Assembly: GCA_937959125.1 (NCBI GenBank)
Contig: CALGQU010000024.1
Coordinates: forward strand, 16,796-80,795
Origin: an uncultured Croceitalea sp.
Lineage (GTDB): Bacteria > Bacteroidota > Bacteroidia > Flavobacteriales > Flavobacteriaceae
Direction: 5' to 3'
DNA length: 64,000 nt
Shown: one piece after another, positions 1 through 9,392 of the stretch
Layout of the letters: every line of letters starts with the position of its first letter
Numbering within the stretch: position 1 is the first letter of the stretch
Made by a program: the position numbers and the translations under genes
Notes under the pieces: model-generated
Database searches by the model: none
Seen by the model: the letters and a program-made list of their open reading frames with translations, nothing else
Told to the model about the DNA's origin: nothing

Positions 1-516
1 TTAAAAAATGAAGACAAGGCCTTTCAATATTATGCATTGGAACAACTTGGTCAAAGAAAGACCTATACCCAACAATATACGGAACAGGTGCGTTCTGCGA
101 TAAAAAAGAATCCGGCTCTTATGGAAGTGGGGCTTCTCTATTTTCAAGAAGCCCCAAGAACAATTTTTGAGGAAAACATTGTACAGTTGTTGAACTTCTC
201 AGAAGCCAAAAATCGTGAGTTATGCCTACAGCGGGTTTTTCAATATAAGGAAGACCTGTCCGCTTCATTTCTTAAGCGATTGATCAAAGCACTGCGCAGC
301 AGTAGTTCATTTAAAGAAATACATATGCTCTTAACTATTCTAAGGGATAGAAAAGGGGCATCCCAAGAACTCACGAATGATCTTTTTCCCTTTTTGGAAA
401 ACGATAATTTCTTGATCGCACGAGGCATCTATTGGTTCTTGTCTGAACAGAAACTTACGCATAACCAAAAGGGGAAATTACATTCCTTCTATGTTGCCCA
501 TCAACATAAACTCTGA
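1..516 (+). CDS. hypothetical helical protein, 5' end outside window
   Basis: Frame 1 is open from base 1 (LKNEDKAFQYY...) through the ATG at 37 to TGA at 514-516, so the ORF probably begins upstream. It is Leu/Lys-rich and helical-looking, with no motif I recognise. Confidence 0.35.
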   Translation, partial: LKNEDKAFQYYALEQLGQRKTYTQQYTEQVRSAIKKNPALMEVGLLYFQEAPRTIFEENIVQLLNFSEAKNRELCLQRVFQYKEDLSASFLKRLIKALRSSSSFKEIHMLLTILRDRKGASQELTNDLFPFLENDNFLIARGIYWFLSEQKLTHNQKGKLHSFYVAHQHKL

Positions 517-532
517 TTTAAAATAATACCAT

Positions 533-1651
533 ATGCCAATACTTTCTAAATCTGCAATTGCACTAGGAAATGGAGAATTCCGTATAGATACCATAGCTCT
601 AGCCAAACCACAAAATGACGAAATCTTGGTACAGCTAAAAGCGGCTGGCCTATGCCATACGGACTATGATTCCCTTTCCTGGGGAAAGCCAATTGTTATG
701 GGACATGAAGGTGCTGGCATTGTTGTGGAGACAGGTAGGGACATCGTCAATTTTAAGTCTGGGGACCAAGTCATCCTAAATTGGGCAACACCTTGCATGC
801 GCTGTTTTCAATGCCAAGAAGGGAACCAGCATATTTGTGAAAACAATTCCCCCGTAGTAGCGGGTGGTAATGGACATACCCCCGGCCATGCCCATTTGGA
901 GGGCACCCAATGGAACGGGCAGCCTATTGAACGGTCTTTTAACATTGGAACGTTAAGTGAATATACCTTGGTCAAAGAATCTGCCCTGGTCAAAGTGGCC
1001 GAGGAAAACCTCAATTTTTCCGCTGCGGCCATTGTCAGTTGTGGTGTAATGACGGGGTATGGCTCCGTAGTCAATTCTGCACAACTCACTGCGGGTAGTT
1101 CCGCTGTGGTTTTAGGTTGTGGCGGCGTTGGTTTAAATGTAATCCAAGCGTGCAGGATATCCGGGGCATCCAAAATCATCGCAATCGATATCAATGAAAC
1201 TAAATTGAAATTGGCCAAACAATTTGGGGCCACCCATACCATTTTAGCCGATAGAAAAGATAAAGGACTTGCCGAAGCAGCCAAAAAGGTCCATAACCTA
1301 TGCTATGGCCGGGGTGCGGACTATGCGTTCGAATGTACCGCCATACCATCACTTGGTGCTGCTCCATTGGCCATGGTGCGCAATGCGGGGACCGCGGTGC
1401 AAGTAAGCGGTATTGAAGAAGAAATTACCATAGATATGCGCCTGTTTGAATGGGACAAACTGTATATTAACCCACTTTATGGAAAATGCAGGCCACAAGT
1501 AGATTTTCCAAAATTGATGCAATTGTACAAAAAAGGGGATTTGTTACTGGATGAAATGATTACCAAAACCTACCCCTTGGAGGATTTACAGGAAGCTTTT
1601 GACGATATGTTGGCCGGTAAAAATGCCAAAGGCGTTATTGTTTTTGATTGA
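533..1651 (+). CDS. Zn-dependent medium-chain alcohol dehydrogenase (class III / AdhC-like layout)
   Basis: 372 aa. Motifs: GLCHTD (catalytic Zn ligands), GHEGAGIVVETG, structural-Zn Cys cluster CMRCFQCQEGNQHIC, Rossmann GCGGVGLNVIQ. Confidence 0.85.
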   Translation: MPILSKSAIALGNGEFRIDTIALAKPQNDEILVQLKAAGLCHTDYDSLSWGKPIVMGHEGAGIVVETGRDIVNFKSGDQVILNWATPCMRCFQCQEGNQHICENNSPVVAGGNGHTPGHAHLEGTQWNGQPIERSFNIGTLSEYTLVKESALVKVAEENLNFSAAAIVSCGVMTGYGSVVNSAQLTAGSSAVVLGCGGVGLNVIQACRISGASKIIAIDINETKLKLAKQFGATHTILADRKDKGLAEAAKKVHNLCYGRGADYAFECTAIPSLGAAPLAMVRNAGTAVQVSGIEEEITIDMRLFEWDKLYINPLYGKCRPQVDFPKLMQLYKKGDLLLDEMITKTYPLEDLQEAFDDMLAGKNAKGVIVFD

Positions 1652-1656
1652 ATGAT

Positions 1657-2460
1657 ATGAGCAGTTTTAGAACTATAGAACTTTCCGATGGCCCTTACGA
1701 ACAGGACGGACTTCGGTTTTTAACAGTAAAGACCGATACCCTAAAAGGCAGGGGCGATATCTGTCTTTATGTTCCGGAAGTAGCAACTACCGTAACCAAT
1801 TTGCCTATTTATATTTTGTTGCATGGCGTATACGGTAGCGCATGGATTTGGGCGTTAAAAGGGGGTGCCCACCACACGGCAAAACGTTTGATGGAGGCCG
1901 GGGAAATTGCACCGGCTATCATCGCCATGCCCTCCGATGGCCTTTGGGGCGACGGATCCGGGTATTTGGCACACCAAGAGAAAGACTTTGCCCATTGGAT
2001 CGTTTCCGATGTTCCAAAAGCGGTCATGGAGAACATCCCCCAAGCTGGACCACAATCCAAAATATGCCTTGGTGGATTATCCATGGGTGGCTATGGCGCC
2101 CTGCATTTAGGGAGTTCCCATCCAGATACATTTCAAGCCATTTCCGCGCATAGTGCCATTACCACATTTGACGGGATGGCCAATTTTGTAGAAGAACCTT
2201 TGACGTCCTATCCGCTGAAATACCAAAAAACAGATGTTATTGACAAACTAAGGTCCGCTAAAGAAAAATTACCCCCTTTTCGATTCGATTGTGGAACCGA
2301 AGATGATTTACTGTTTGATAACCGGAGCCTGCACCGGCAGTTGAAAGAACTTGAAATTCCGCACAGTTACCAAGAATTTAAAGGCGGGCATGAATGGCCC
2401 TATTGGCAGAAAAACGTAGCACATAGCTTACGCTTTTTTGACCAACACTGTTCCCGCTAA
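1657..2460 (+). CDS. alpha/beta-hydrolase 'putative esterase' (esterase D / S-formylglutathione hydrolase-like)
   Basis: Nucleophile elbow GLSMGGYGA and C-terminal GGHEW. The ORF-track start at 1648 is TTG; the first ATG is 1657, 5 nt after the ADH stop. Confidence 0.7.
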   Translation: MSSFRTIELSDGPYEQDGLRFLTVKTDTLKGRGDICLYVPEVATTVTNLPIYILLHGVYGSAWIWALKGGAHHTAKRLMEAGEIAPAIIAMPSDGLWGDGSGYLAHQEKDFAHWIVSDVPKAVMENIPQAGPQSKICLGGLSMGGYGALHLGSSHPDTFQAISAHSAITTFDGMANFVEEPLTSYPLKYQKTDVIDKLRSAKEKLPPFRFDCGTEDDLLFDNRSLHRQLKELEIPHSYQEFKGGHEWPYWQKNVAHSLRFFDQHCSR

Positions 2461-3329
2461 AAACCAAACTGTTCCTTTCTAAAACTTCCCGGCGTTTTTC
2501 CTGTTAATTTTTTAAAGGTTCTGGAGAAATAGGAAAAATTGTCCATCCCCACTTTATGGGCTATTTGCTCCAAGGAATCGTTGGTGGTCAACAACAAAAG
2601 TTGTGCCCGTTGAATACGTTTGGATTGGATGTACTTATTTGGCCCCATCCCCATTTGCTTTTTAAAAACCCGCGAAAAATGGTCCGTACTTACATGGCTC
2701 CGCGACGCCAATTCTTTTACGGTTAAGCCAGCGTGCAGGTTTTCTGCAATAAAAAGGAGTATGGCATTTAAATTACCGTGTTTATCCAAATTTGTTTTCT
2801 TCGGACTCGTATTGGTTACAAACTTGGACAGCAGCAAACTCAATATCCCTTGGGTTTCCAAAAAACGGTTTGTTTTGGTACGCGCGCTCCGCTCGTTGAA
2901 TTCCAATAAAACCACAGGGTCATGTACATAAGCCTTAGGGTCGCTATTTTGAATGGACCGCTTAGGATATAATTCCGCCAAGCGTTTGAACAAATGAGCA
3001 TCATGCTCCGTAACCGGCACCTCGTAGATAAACTCCCTTAGGTTATAAATAGAAAGCCCTGTTTTTATTTCATCAAAAAAACTGATGTAATACTGCTCAT
3101 GAAAAACATCGCATTTATAACGGTTATAGACATAACTAGGCACCAAGTACATATGACCCTTTTGCAAATCGAATTCCTGTTGGGAATGGTACATTTTAGC
3201 GTGGCCCTCCGTAACATAAAACAAACGCGTAAACGGACTGATGACATTGTCGTAGTTCCAACGATGGTCCAGCTGCGCAAAGCCCGCATGCAATAAATTG
3301 AGTTTTAGGGATTGTAGTAATTCTAACAT
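2457..3329 (-). CDS. AraC/XylS-family transcriptional regulator
   Basis: 290 aa. C-terminal double HTH (LEQIAHKVGMDNFSYFSRTFKKLTGKTPGSFR) and an N-terminal cupin-like half. Divergent from the 3494 operon; its 3' end overlaps the esterase stop by 4 nt. Confidence 0.85.
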   Translation of the reverse strand: MLELLQSLKLNLLHAGFAQLDHRWNYDNVISPFTRLFYVTEGHAKMYHSQQEFDLQKGHMYLVPSYVYNRYKCDVFHEQYYISFFDEIKTGLSIYNLREFIYEVPVTEHDAHLFKRLAELYPKRSIQNSDPKAYVHDPVVLLEFNERSARTKTNRFLETQGILSLLLSKFVTNTSPKKTNLDKHGNLNAILLFIAENLHAGLTVKELASRSHVSTDHFSRVFKKQMGMGPNKYIQSKRIQRAQLLLLTTNDSLEQIAHKVGMDNFSYFSRTFKKLTGKTPGSFRKEQFGF

Positions 3330-3493
3330 CGGTGTACTTGCCTTAATCTGGAAATATAAGTTTTGCCTTCACACATTTCAACCACTTCCATTACCTATCA
3401 TTTACATTAAAATTACTATAAATATCGGATTTGTACATAATTCTATCTTTTTTATACAAGGTTTAAAGCATATAGCCATCTTATTTTTAGCAA

Positions 3494-6400
3494 TTGAAAA
3501 ACAATGTCGCTTTGAAAGCTGGATATACATATGCATTACTAGGTTTTTTACTGCTTTTGGTGTCTTCTTGCGGAGGACCAAGCTTACCGGATACCATTGC
3601 TCTGGAATATGATAAATTACCCAAAAAGGTAGATTTCAATCAGCATATCAAACCCATTTTATCGGACAAGTGCTATTTGTGCCACGGGCCGGACAAGGGT
3701 AAAATTGAAGCGGGACTGCAATTGCATCTCCCAGATTTGGCCTATGCGGAATTGCCAGAATCGCCCGGGAAATATGCCATTGTCCCGGGGAATCTCAAAA
3801 AGAGTGAAACCTTTCACAGAATCCTATCCGAAGACCCCAATATAGTAATGCCGGAGCCCAGCTCACACCTTTCGTTGACGGACAAGGAAAAAGCGTTGCT
3901 TATCAAATGGATTGAGGACGGTGCGGAATATGAGGACCATTGGGCCTTTATTCCACCAAAAGAACCCAAAGTCCCCAAGTTGGATAGGGAGGATTTGGCG
4001 GTCAATGAAATTGATGCTTTTGTGCTCGCCCGCTTGCAAGAAGTAAATTTGGAACCCAACACCAGAGCAGACAAAGAAACGTTATTACGCCGTGTTTCTT
4101 TTGATTTAACGGGGCTTCCTCCAAGTCTGGAGGACATTGAAAATTTTGTCAAGGATACATCGCACAATGCCTATGAAAAACAGGTAGACCGTCTTTTGGC
4201 CTCCCCACATTACGGGGAGCAGATGGCCCTGGATTGGATGGATCTATCGCGTTATGCAGATACCCACGGTTATACGGTGGATCGTTATCGAGACGTATCG
4301 GCTTGGCGGGATTGGGTCATTGCTTCCTTCAATACAAATCGACCTTATAACGAGTTCATCGAATGGCAATTGGCAGGGGATCTAATGCCCCTTGCCACCA
4401 AAGAACAAATTTTGGCTACTACCTTTAACAGACTCCATCCCCAAAATTTGGAAGGCGGAATCGTCGACGAGGAGTTTCGATCAGAATATGTGGCAGATCG
4501 TACCAATGTTATGGGGGAAGGCCTGCTTGGTCTTACGGTGGCTTGTGCCAAATGCCATGATCATAAGTACGACCCCATCTCGCAAAAGAACTATTACGAG
4601 CTGTACAGTTTCTTTAACAATATCAATGAATCCGGTCAGATTCCATGGGATTTTTCCATGCCCGTACCCAATATGCAGTTACCTACCAAAGCGCAAGAAT
4701 CCTTTTTAGCCTATGTGGACGACCTGGTGAACCAAAAGCAATCCGAAGTTATCTCCACCAAAAAATCAGAACAAAGCCTTGCGGAAAATTGGATAGCATC
4801 CGGAGCGTATCAAAAAGAGCATACCCCAGAGTATCCAGAAAAAATGCTGGTCAACATCAATTTTGATAAGCAACTCAACAACCAACTCAACCCAAAAAGC
4901 AAAGGCAAAATGCGTACCCAGTTTACTGCCAATGAAAAGGCGGTTTTCGCCAAAGGATTTTCTGGAAACGGTTTGCAATTTGATGGGGATATTTGGATGG
5001 ATACCGAAAAAGAAGGCATTTTCAGTCGTTACCAACCTTTTAGCATCGGCATAAAAATCTACGTTCCCAAAGATTTGGAAGAAGGGGTCATTTTCCATAA
5101 AATGTTGGGCACACGCCTACACAGTTATCGCGGGTACCACCTCAACATTAAAGAAAATAAATTGGAATTGTTAATGGCCCATGTATGGCCGGACAATACC
5201 ATTGTAGAAGAAACTTTTGAAGAAATCCCCAAAGAAAAATGGGTGCAATTGACCATGACCTATGATGGCTCCAGCAAAGCAAGCGGACTCAAAATCTTTA
5301 TGGATGGCAGGGAACTGAAAACCAAAGTGGTTATTGATAATCTGTACAAGGATATCATCTTCAACGATTACGAAGATGTTATTTATGCCGGGCCGCAAGA
5401 ACCCGGTCTCCAAGTAGGCGGTCGCTGGCGCGGAAAAGGCATTGCTGGTGCCATAGTGGATGATCTCTTGGTTTTTGAAAAAGAGCTTGCCCCACTTGAA
5501 ATCCTACAACTGGCAAAACCGGAATCCTTTAAGGCGCTTCTGGCAAAACCCTATGGGAACCTCAGCGAAACCGAAAAAACGGCTTTGGCCGAGTATTACC
5601 TAAACACAAAATCCAAAACCTATAAGGCCAGCATGGCTGCTTTGGAAACGCAACGAAAAATGCAAAATGACAGTGCAGAAGCGGTGAAAGAAATTATGGT
5701 GATGAAGGAGATGGATACCCCACGGGAAACCTTTGTGTTGGAACGGGGGCAATACGATGTCTATGGGGAACAAGTATTTCCCAGCAGCCCGGAAGCCATA
5801 TTTGCATATCCGGATAGTTTACCCAAAAACCGCTTGGGCCTTGCCAAATGGGTAACCCACAAGAATAATCCCCTAACGGCGCGCGTGGCAGTAAACCGGT
5901 ACTGGAAAAATATGTTCGGCACGGGTTTGGTGAAAACCGTGGAGGACTTTGGCAATCAGGGGGAACTGCCCAGTCACCCAAAACTTTTGGACTGGCTTGC
6001 GGTTACCTTTGTTAAATCAGGTTGGGACGTAAAGGCACTCCATAAATTGATGGTGATGTCCGCCACCTATCGCCAATCTTCAAAAGTATCCCCAGAACAT
6101 ATGGAATTGGATGCGGAAAACCGATTGTTGGCCCGTGGTCCCTCACGCAGACTTTCCGGCGAAATGCTCCGCAACAATGCTTTGGCCGCTTCTGGCTTGC
6201 TCAATAAAAAAATAGGGGGAGAAAGTGTACGCCCCTACCAACCAGAGGGACTCTGGAAAATCAACAATACCAATTACACGCCGGATACCGGGGATAAACT
6301 GTACCGAAAAAGCATGTATACCATTTGGAAACGCTCCGTACCACATCCTACCATTGCCACTTTTGATGCCCCGGATCGCTCCATTTGTACGGTGCGAAGG

Positions 6401-6754
6401 CAAAAAACCAACACCCCTCTACAAGCCTTGGTCCTTTTGAACGACCCCACTTACATAGAGGCGGCACGTTTGCTTGGTAAGGCGATGATGGATTACGAAG
6501 ATGTTGCTTCCGGAATTTCGGCAACCTTTAAAAAATTGACGGGTCGCAGCATAAGGCCAGAAGAATTGGAATTGCTAACGGATCTACAACAGGGCGAATA
6601 CGAAAACTTTACTGCCTTTCCATCCAAAACGGAAGGCTGGCTCAATACTGGGGAGTTTCAACTGGAGGGTTCTTTTAATAAAAGCTTGGTGGCGGCAAAT
6701 GCGGTGGTTGCCAGTACCATCATGAATTTGGACGCCACCATTACCAAAAGATAA
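3494..6754 (+). CDS. PSCyt1 / DUF1549(PSCyt2) / LamG / DUF1553(PSD1) domain lipoprotein
   Basis: 1086 aa. Lipoprotein-type signal LLLLVSSC; CYLCH heme-c motif at 3671-3685; DUF1549-type block ending CAKCHDHKYDP (about 4544-4574). A central concanavalin/LamG-like insert is followed by a C-terminal NRYWKNMFGTGLV...HPKLLDWLA block typical of DUF1553. Only TTG starts are available (3494 or 3512). Confidence 0.8.
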   Translation: MKNNVALKAGYTYALLGFLLLLVSSCGGPSLPDTIALEYDKLPKKVDFNQHIKPILSDKCYLCHGPDKGKIEAGLQLHLPDLAYAELPESPGKYAIVPGNLKKSETFHRILSEDPNIVMPEPSSHLSLTDKEKALLIKWIEDGAEYEDHWAFIPPKEPKVPKLDREDLAVNEIDAFVLARLQEVNLEPNTRADKETLLRRVSFDLTGLPPSLEDIENFVKDTSHNAYEKQVDRLLASPHYGEQMALDWMDLSRYADTHGYTVDRYRDVSAWRDWVIASFNTNRPYNEFIEWQLAGDLMPLATKEQILATTFNRLHPQNLEGGIVDEEFRSEYVADRTNVMGEGLLGLTVACAKCHDHKYDPISQKNYYELYSFFNNINESGQIPWDFSMPVPNMQLPTKAQESFLAYVDDLVNQKQSEVISTKKSEQSLAENWIASGAYQKEHTPEYPEKMLVNINFDKQLNNQLNPKSKGKMRTQFTANEKAVFAKGFSGNGLQFDGDIWMDTEKEGIFSRYQPFSIGIKIYVPKDLEEGVIFHKMLGTRLHSYRGYHLNIKENKLELLMAHVWPDNTIVEETFEEIPKEKWVQLTMTYDGSSKASGLKIFMDGRELKTKVVIDNLYKDIIFNDYEDVIYAGPQEPGLQVGGRWRGKGIAGAIVDDLLVFEKELAPLEILQLAKPESFKALLAKPYGNLSETEKTALAEYYLNTKSKTYKASMAALETQRKMQNDSAEAVKEIMVMKEMDTPRETFVLERGQYDVYGEQVFPSSPEAIFAYPDSLPKNRLGLAKWVTHKNNPLTARVAVNRYWKNMFGTGLVKTVEDFGNQGELPSHPKLLDWLAVTFVKSGWDVKALHKLMVMSATYRQSSKVSPEHMELDAENRLLARGPSRRLSGEMLRNNALAASGLLNKKIGGESVRPYQPEGLWKINNTNYTPDTGDKLYRKSMYTIWKRSVPHPTIATFDAPDRSICTVRRQKTNTPLQALVLLNDPTYIEAARLLGKAMMDYEDVASGISATFKKLTGRSIRPEELELLTDLQQGEYENFTAFPSKTEGWLNTGEFQLEGSFNKSLVAANAVVASTIMNLDATITKR

Positions 6755-6758
6755 ACCT

Positions 6759-8270
6759 ATGTGCAACGGACACGATACCTTAAAATCGAACAACAAGGAC
6801 CTGCAAGAAGTTGAAAAGCAGTGGGACAGAAGAAATTTTTTGACCAAGACCTCCTTAGGTTTAGGTGCTTTGGCGTTTGGTTCTTTATTGAACTCTGAAA
6901 AAGCTTGGAGTAATCTAGGGAATCCTGATGCTGAGTCTACCGCTGCAAACTCCTTCATCAAAAATCGTTTGGGCCTACCCCACCACTTGCCCAAGGCGAA
7001 GCGTATCGTATACCTCTTTCAAAGTGGTGGGCCATCGCAATTGGACCTTTGGGACTACAAGCCTAAAATCAAGGATATGTTTGGCCAAGATCTACCGGAA
7101 TCCGTACGGCAGGGCCAACGATTGACGGCAATGAGTGCATTGCAGGAAAACTTTCCCATTGCACCCTCCATCATGGATTTTAAGCAATACGGGGAATCCC
7201 GGGCATGGGTAAGCGAGTTGATGCCCTACACTTCTGAGATTGTGGACGATCTCTGTTTTATCAAATCCATGCAAACGGACCAAATCAACCATGATCCAGC
7301 CATTACCTTTATGCAAACAGGAAACCAATTGCCAGGGAGACCCTCCATGGGCGCTTGGCTGAGTTATGGTTTGGGTTCAGACAATGAAAACCTGCCTACC
7401 TTTATTACGCTCATCACCAAAAATATGACAGGGCAGCCGCTCTACTCCAGACTTTGGGGGAATGGTTTTCTGCCCACGGAACACCAAGGAGTACAATTCA
7501 GGTCTGGCAAAGACCCGGTTCTTTATTTGAGCGATCCAGAAAATTATGACGGTAACGACCGCCGGAAAATGCTGGATTATTTAGGAAAGCTGAACGATGT
7601 ACAACATGACACCTATGGCGATCCGGAGATACAAGCAAGAATGGCACAGTATGAAATGGCCTTCCGTATGCAAACCTCCGTACCGGAAGTCACGGATATG
7701 TCCGACGAGCCCGATTATATTTTTGACCTCTATGGAGAAGACAGTCGGGACCCAGGCACCTATGCCGCCAACTGCTTAATGGCTAGAAAACTACTGGAAA
7801 AAGATGTAAAATTCGTGCAATTGTACCACCAAGGCTGGGACCAACATATTGGCTGTCCAGAAGGGATACGGGCACAATGCAAACGTACGGACCAAGCCAA
7901 CGCCGCATTGATAAAAGACTTGAAACAAAGGGGCATGCTGGAAGACACCTTGGTCGTTTGGGGCGGGGAATTTGGGCGTACCGTATATTCCCAAGGACAA
8001 TTAACGCAAAGTGATTATGGTAGGGACCACCATCCAAAAGCCTTTACCATGTGGATGGCCGGTGCCGGTGTAAAACCCGGTTTTACTTATGGTGAGACCG
8101 ATGATTTTAGCTACAATGTGGTCAAAGACCCGGTGCATGTGCATGATTTTCATGCCACCTTAATGCATCTTTTTGGCATTGACCATGAACGACTCACCTT
8201 TAAACATCAAGGAAGGCGTTTTCGATTGACCGATGTACACGGCCATGTCGTCAACGATTTACTCTCCTAA
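6759..8270 (+). CDS. DUF1501 family protein (alkaline-phosphatase/sulfatase-like fold), Tat-exported
   Basis: 503 aa. Twin-arginine leader DRRNFLTKTSLGLGALAFG and the C-terminal WGGEFGRT...GRDHH motif characteristic of DUF1501. Starts 4 nt after the previous stop. Confidence 0.8.
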   Translation: MCNGHDTLKSNNKDLQEVEKQWDRRNFLTKTSLGLGALAFGSLLNSEKAWSNLGNPDAESTAANSFIKNRLGLPHHLPKAKRIVYLFQSGGPSQLDLWDYKPKIKDMFGQDLPESVRQGQRLTAMSALQENFPIAPSIMDFKQYGESRAWVSELMPYTSEIVDDLCFIKSMQTDQINHDPAITFMQTGNQLPGRPSMGAWLSYGLGSDNENLPTFITLITKNMTGQPLYSRLWGNGFLPTEHQGVQFRSGKDPVLYLSDPENYDGNDRRKMLDYLGKLNDVQHDTYGDPEIQARMAQYEMAFRMQTSVPEVTDMSDEPDYIFDLYGEDSRDPGTYAANCLMARKLLEKDVKFVQLYHQGWDQHIGCPEGIRAQCKRTDQANAALIKDLKQRGMLEDTLVVWGGEFGRTVYSQGQLTQSDYGRDHHPKAFTMWMAGAGVKPGFTYGETDDFSYNVVKDPVHVHDFHATLMHLFGIDHERLTFKHQGRRFRLTDVHGHVVNDLLS

Positions 8271-8279
8271 CCCAGTATC

Positions 8280-9383
8280 ATGAACAAGAGAAGAAATTTT
8301 TTAAAGAAAAGTTTGGCCGCTTCCGCAGTCCTATCCGCCACTCCTAGTTTTGGGTTTCATATGGTGAAAAATCCAAAACCAGAAAAAGAAATTGTGGGCC
8401 ATGGTGATTACCAATACCAAATCTATCGCAATTGGGCCAAATTAGGCACGACCAAACCGCTGCTAAACTGCCATGAAATGGTTATGGACAGCAAGGGCAG
8501 GTTGATTATGATCGGGGACCATCCCGCCAATAATGTGCTTATTTTTGACAAATCGGGCAAGTTGCTCGACTATTGGGGCACTTCCTATCCCGGCGGGCAT
8601 GGGCTAAGCCTTTCCCAAGAAGGGGAAGATGATTTTTTATTCCTAACGGATTCTGGCTGGTACCTTAACAAAAAAGGGGAATGGACACCACATAATGGCC
8701 GGGTAAGCAAAACAACTACGGATGGGAAGGTGATTTTTGATATTGGCCATCCATTGACCATTGGCATTTACAAAGAAGGAGACCCTTTTAGACCAACGGA
8801 AACCGCCATTGGTCCTAACGGTGATATCTATGTAGCAGATGGCTATGGTATGGATTATATCATCCAATATTCGCCCAACGGGGAATACATAAGACATTGG
8901 GGCGGCCATGATAATACGGACGAAAACTACAACCTGTCCAATGCCCATGGCGTTGCCATTGACTATAGGGACAAAGACAATCCTTTGGTGGTCTGTACTT
9001 CTAGAAATGAGGAAAGCTTTAAATTTTTTACGTTGGACGGGAAATATGTCCGTACGCTCCATCTGCCTAATATGCAGGTATGCAGACCCGTTTTTGATGA
9101 TGCCAATTTATACGCCGGTGTTTGCTGGTCGCAACCCAAAATTGGGGAGACCACTTGGCAAGACCACACGGGATTCGTAACAATTTTAGAAGGGGACAAG
9201 GTAGTTTCCAACCCTGGCGGAACAGCCCCGAAGTATGAAAATGGGACACTTCAAAAATCTTATCAATTACAACATAAACCCATATTACATGGGCATGATG
9301 TCTGTGTAGACGAGGATAAGAATTTATACATCTGCCAATGGAACGCCAATAGAACACCCCCGTTAAAATTAGAACGTATCTAA
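8280..9383 (+). CDS. Tat-exported six-bladed beta-propeller (NHL-repeat-like) protein
   Basis: 367 aa. Leader KRRNFLKKSLAASAVLSA. Repeated blade motifs GRLIMIGDH, GDIYVADGYGMDYIIQYSPNG, HGVAIDYRD, NLYICQWN resemble NHL / peptidyl-hydroxyglycine-lyase-type propellers. Confidence 0.55.
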   Translation: MNKRRNFLKKSLAASAVLSATPSFGFHMVKNPKPEKEIVGHGDYQYQIYRNWAKLGTTKPLLNCHEMVMDSKGRLIMIGDHPANNVLIFDKSGKLLDYWGTSYPGGHGLSLSQEGEDDFLFLTDSGWYLNKKGEWTPHNGRVSKTTTDGKVIFDIGHPLTIGIYKEGDPFRPTETAIGPNGDIYVADGYGMDYIIQYSPNGEYIRHWGGHDNTDENYNLSNAHGVAIDYRDKDNPLVVCTSRNEESFKFFTLDGKYVRTLHLPNMQVCRPVFDDANLYAGVCWSQPKIGETTWQDHTGFVTILEGDKVVSNPGGTAPKYENGTLQKSYQLQHKPILHGHDVCVDEDKNLYICQWNANRTPPLKLERI

Positions 9384-9392
9384 AATAACAGT

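Noticed and set aside
808-1284. 158-aa minus-strand ORF, and many similar antisense or out-of-frame ORFs inside long genes (for example 23163-23750 +, 36350-36886 -, 38657-39241 +, 46787-47212 -, 48951-49427 -, 26712-27191 +)
   Set aside because: Each lies entirely within a longer ORF that has clear family motifs. They have low-complexity or atypical composition and no recognisable motifs, so they are shadow ORFs.
1648-1656. Non-ATG ORF-track starts (TTG 1648, TTG 27401, TTG 34747, TTG 59126, GTG 60426) taken at face value, including an apparent overlap of the ADH and esterase genes
   Set aside because: In each case a nearby in-frame ATG (or, for kdgK, the GTG at 34714) yields a better N-terminus or signal peptide. 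The 1648 codon is TTG, not ATG, so I do not claim ATGA-type coupling there.
3298-3612. 104-aa + strand ORF spanning the AraC start, the intergenic region and the start of the PSCyt gene
   Set aside because: It overlaps two well-supported genes in other frames, and its product is Ile/Phe-rich as expected from translating AT-rich promoter DNA.
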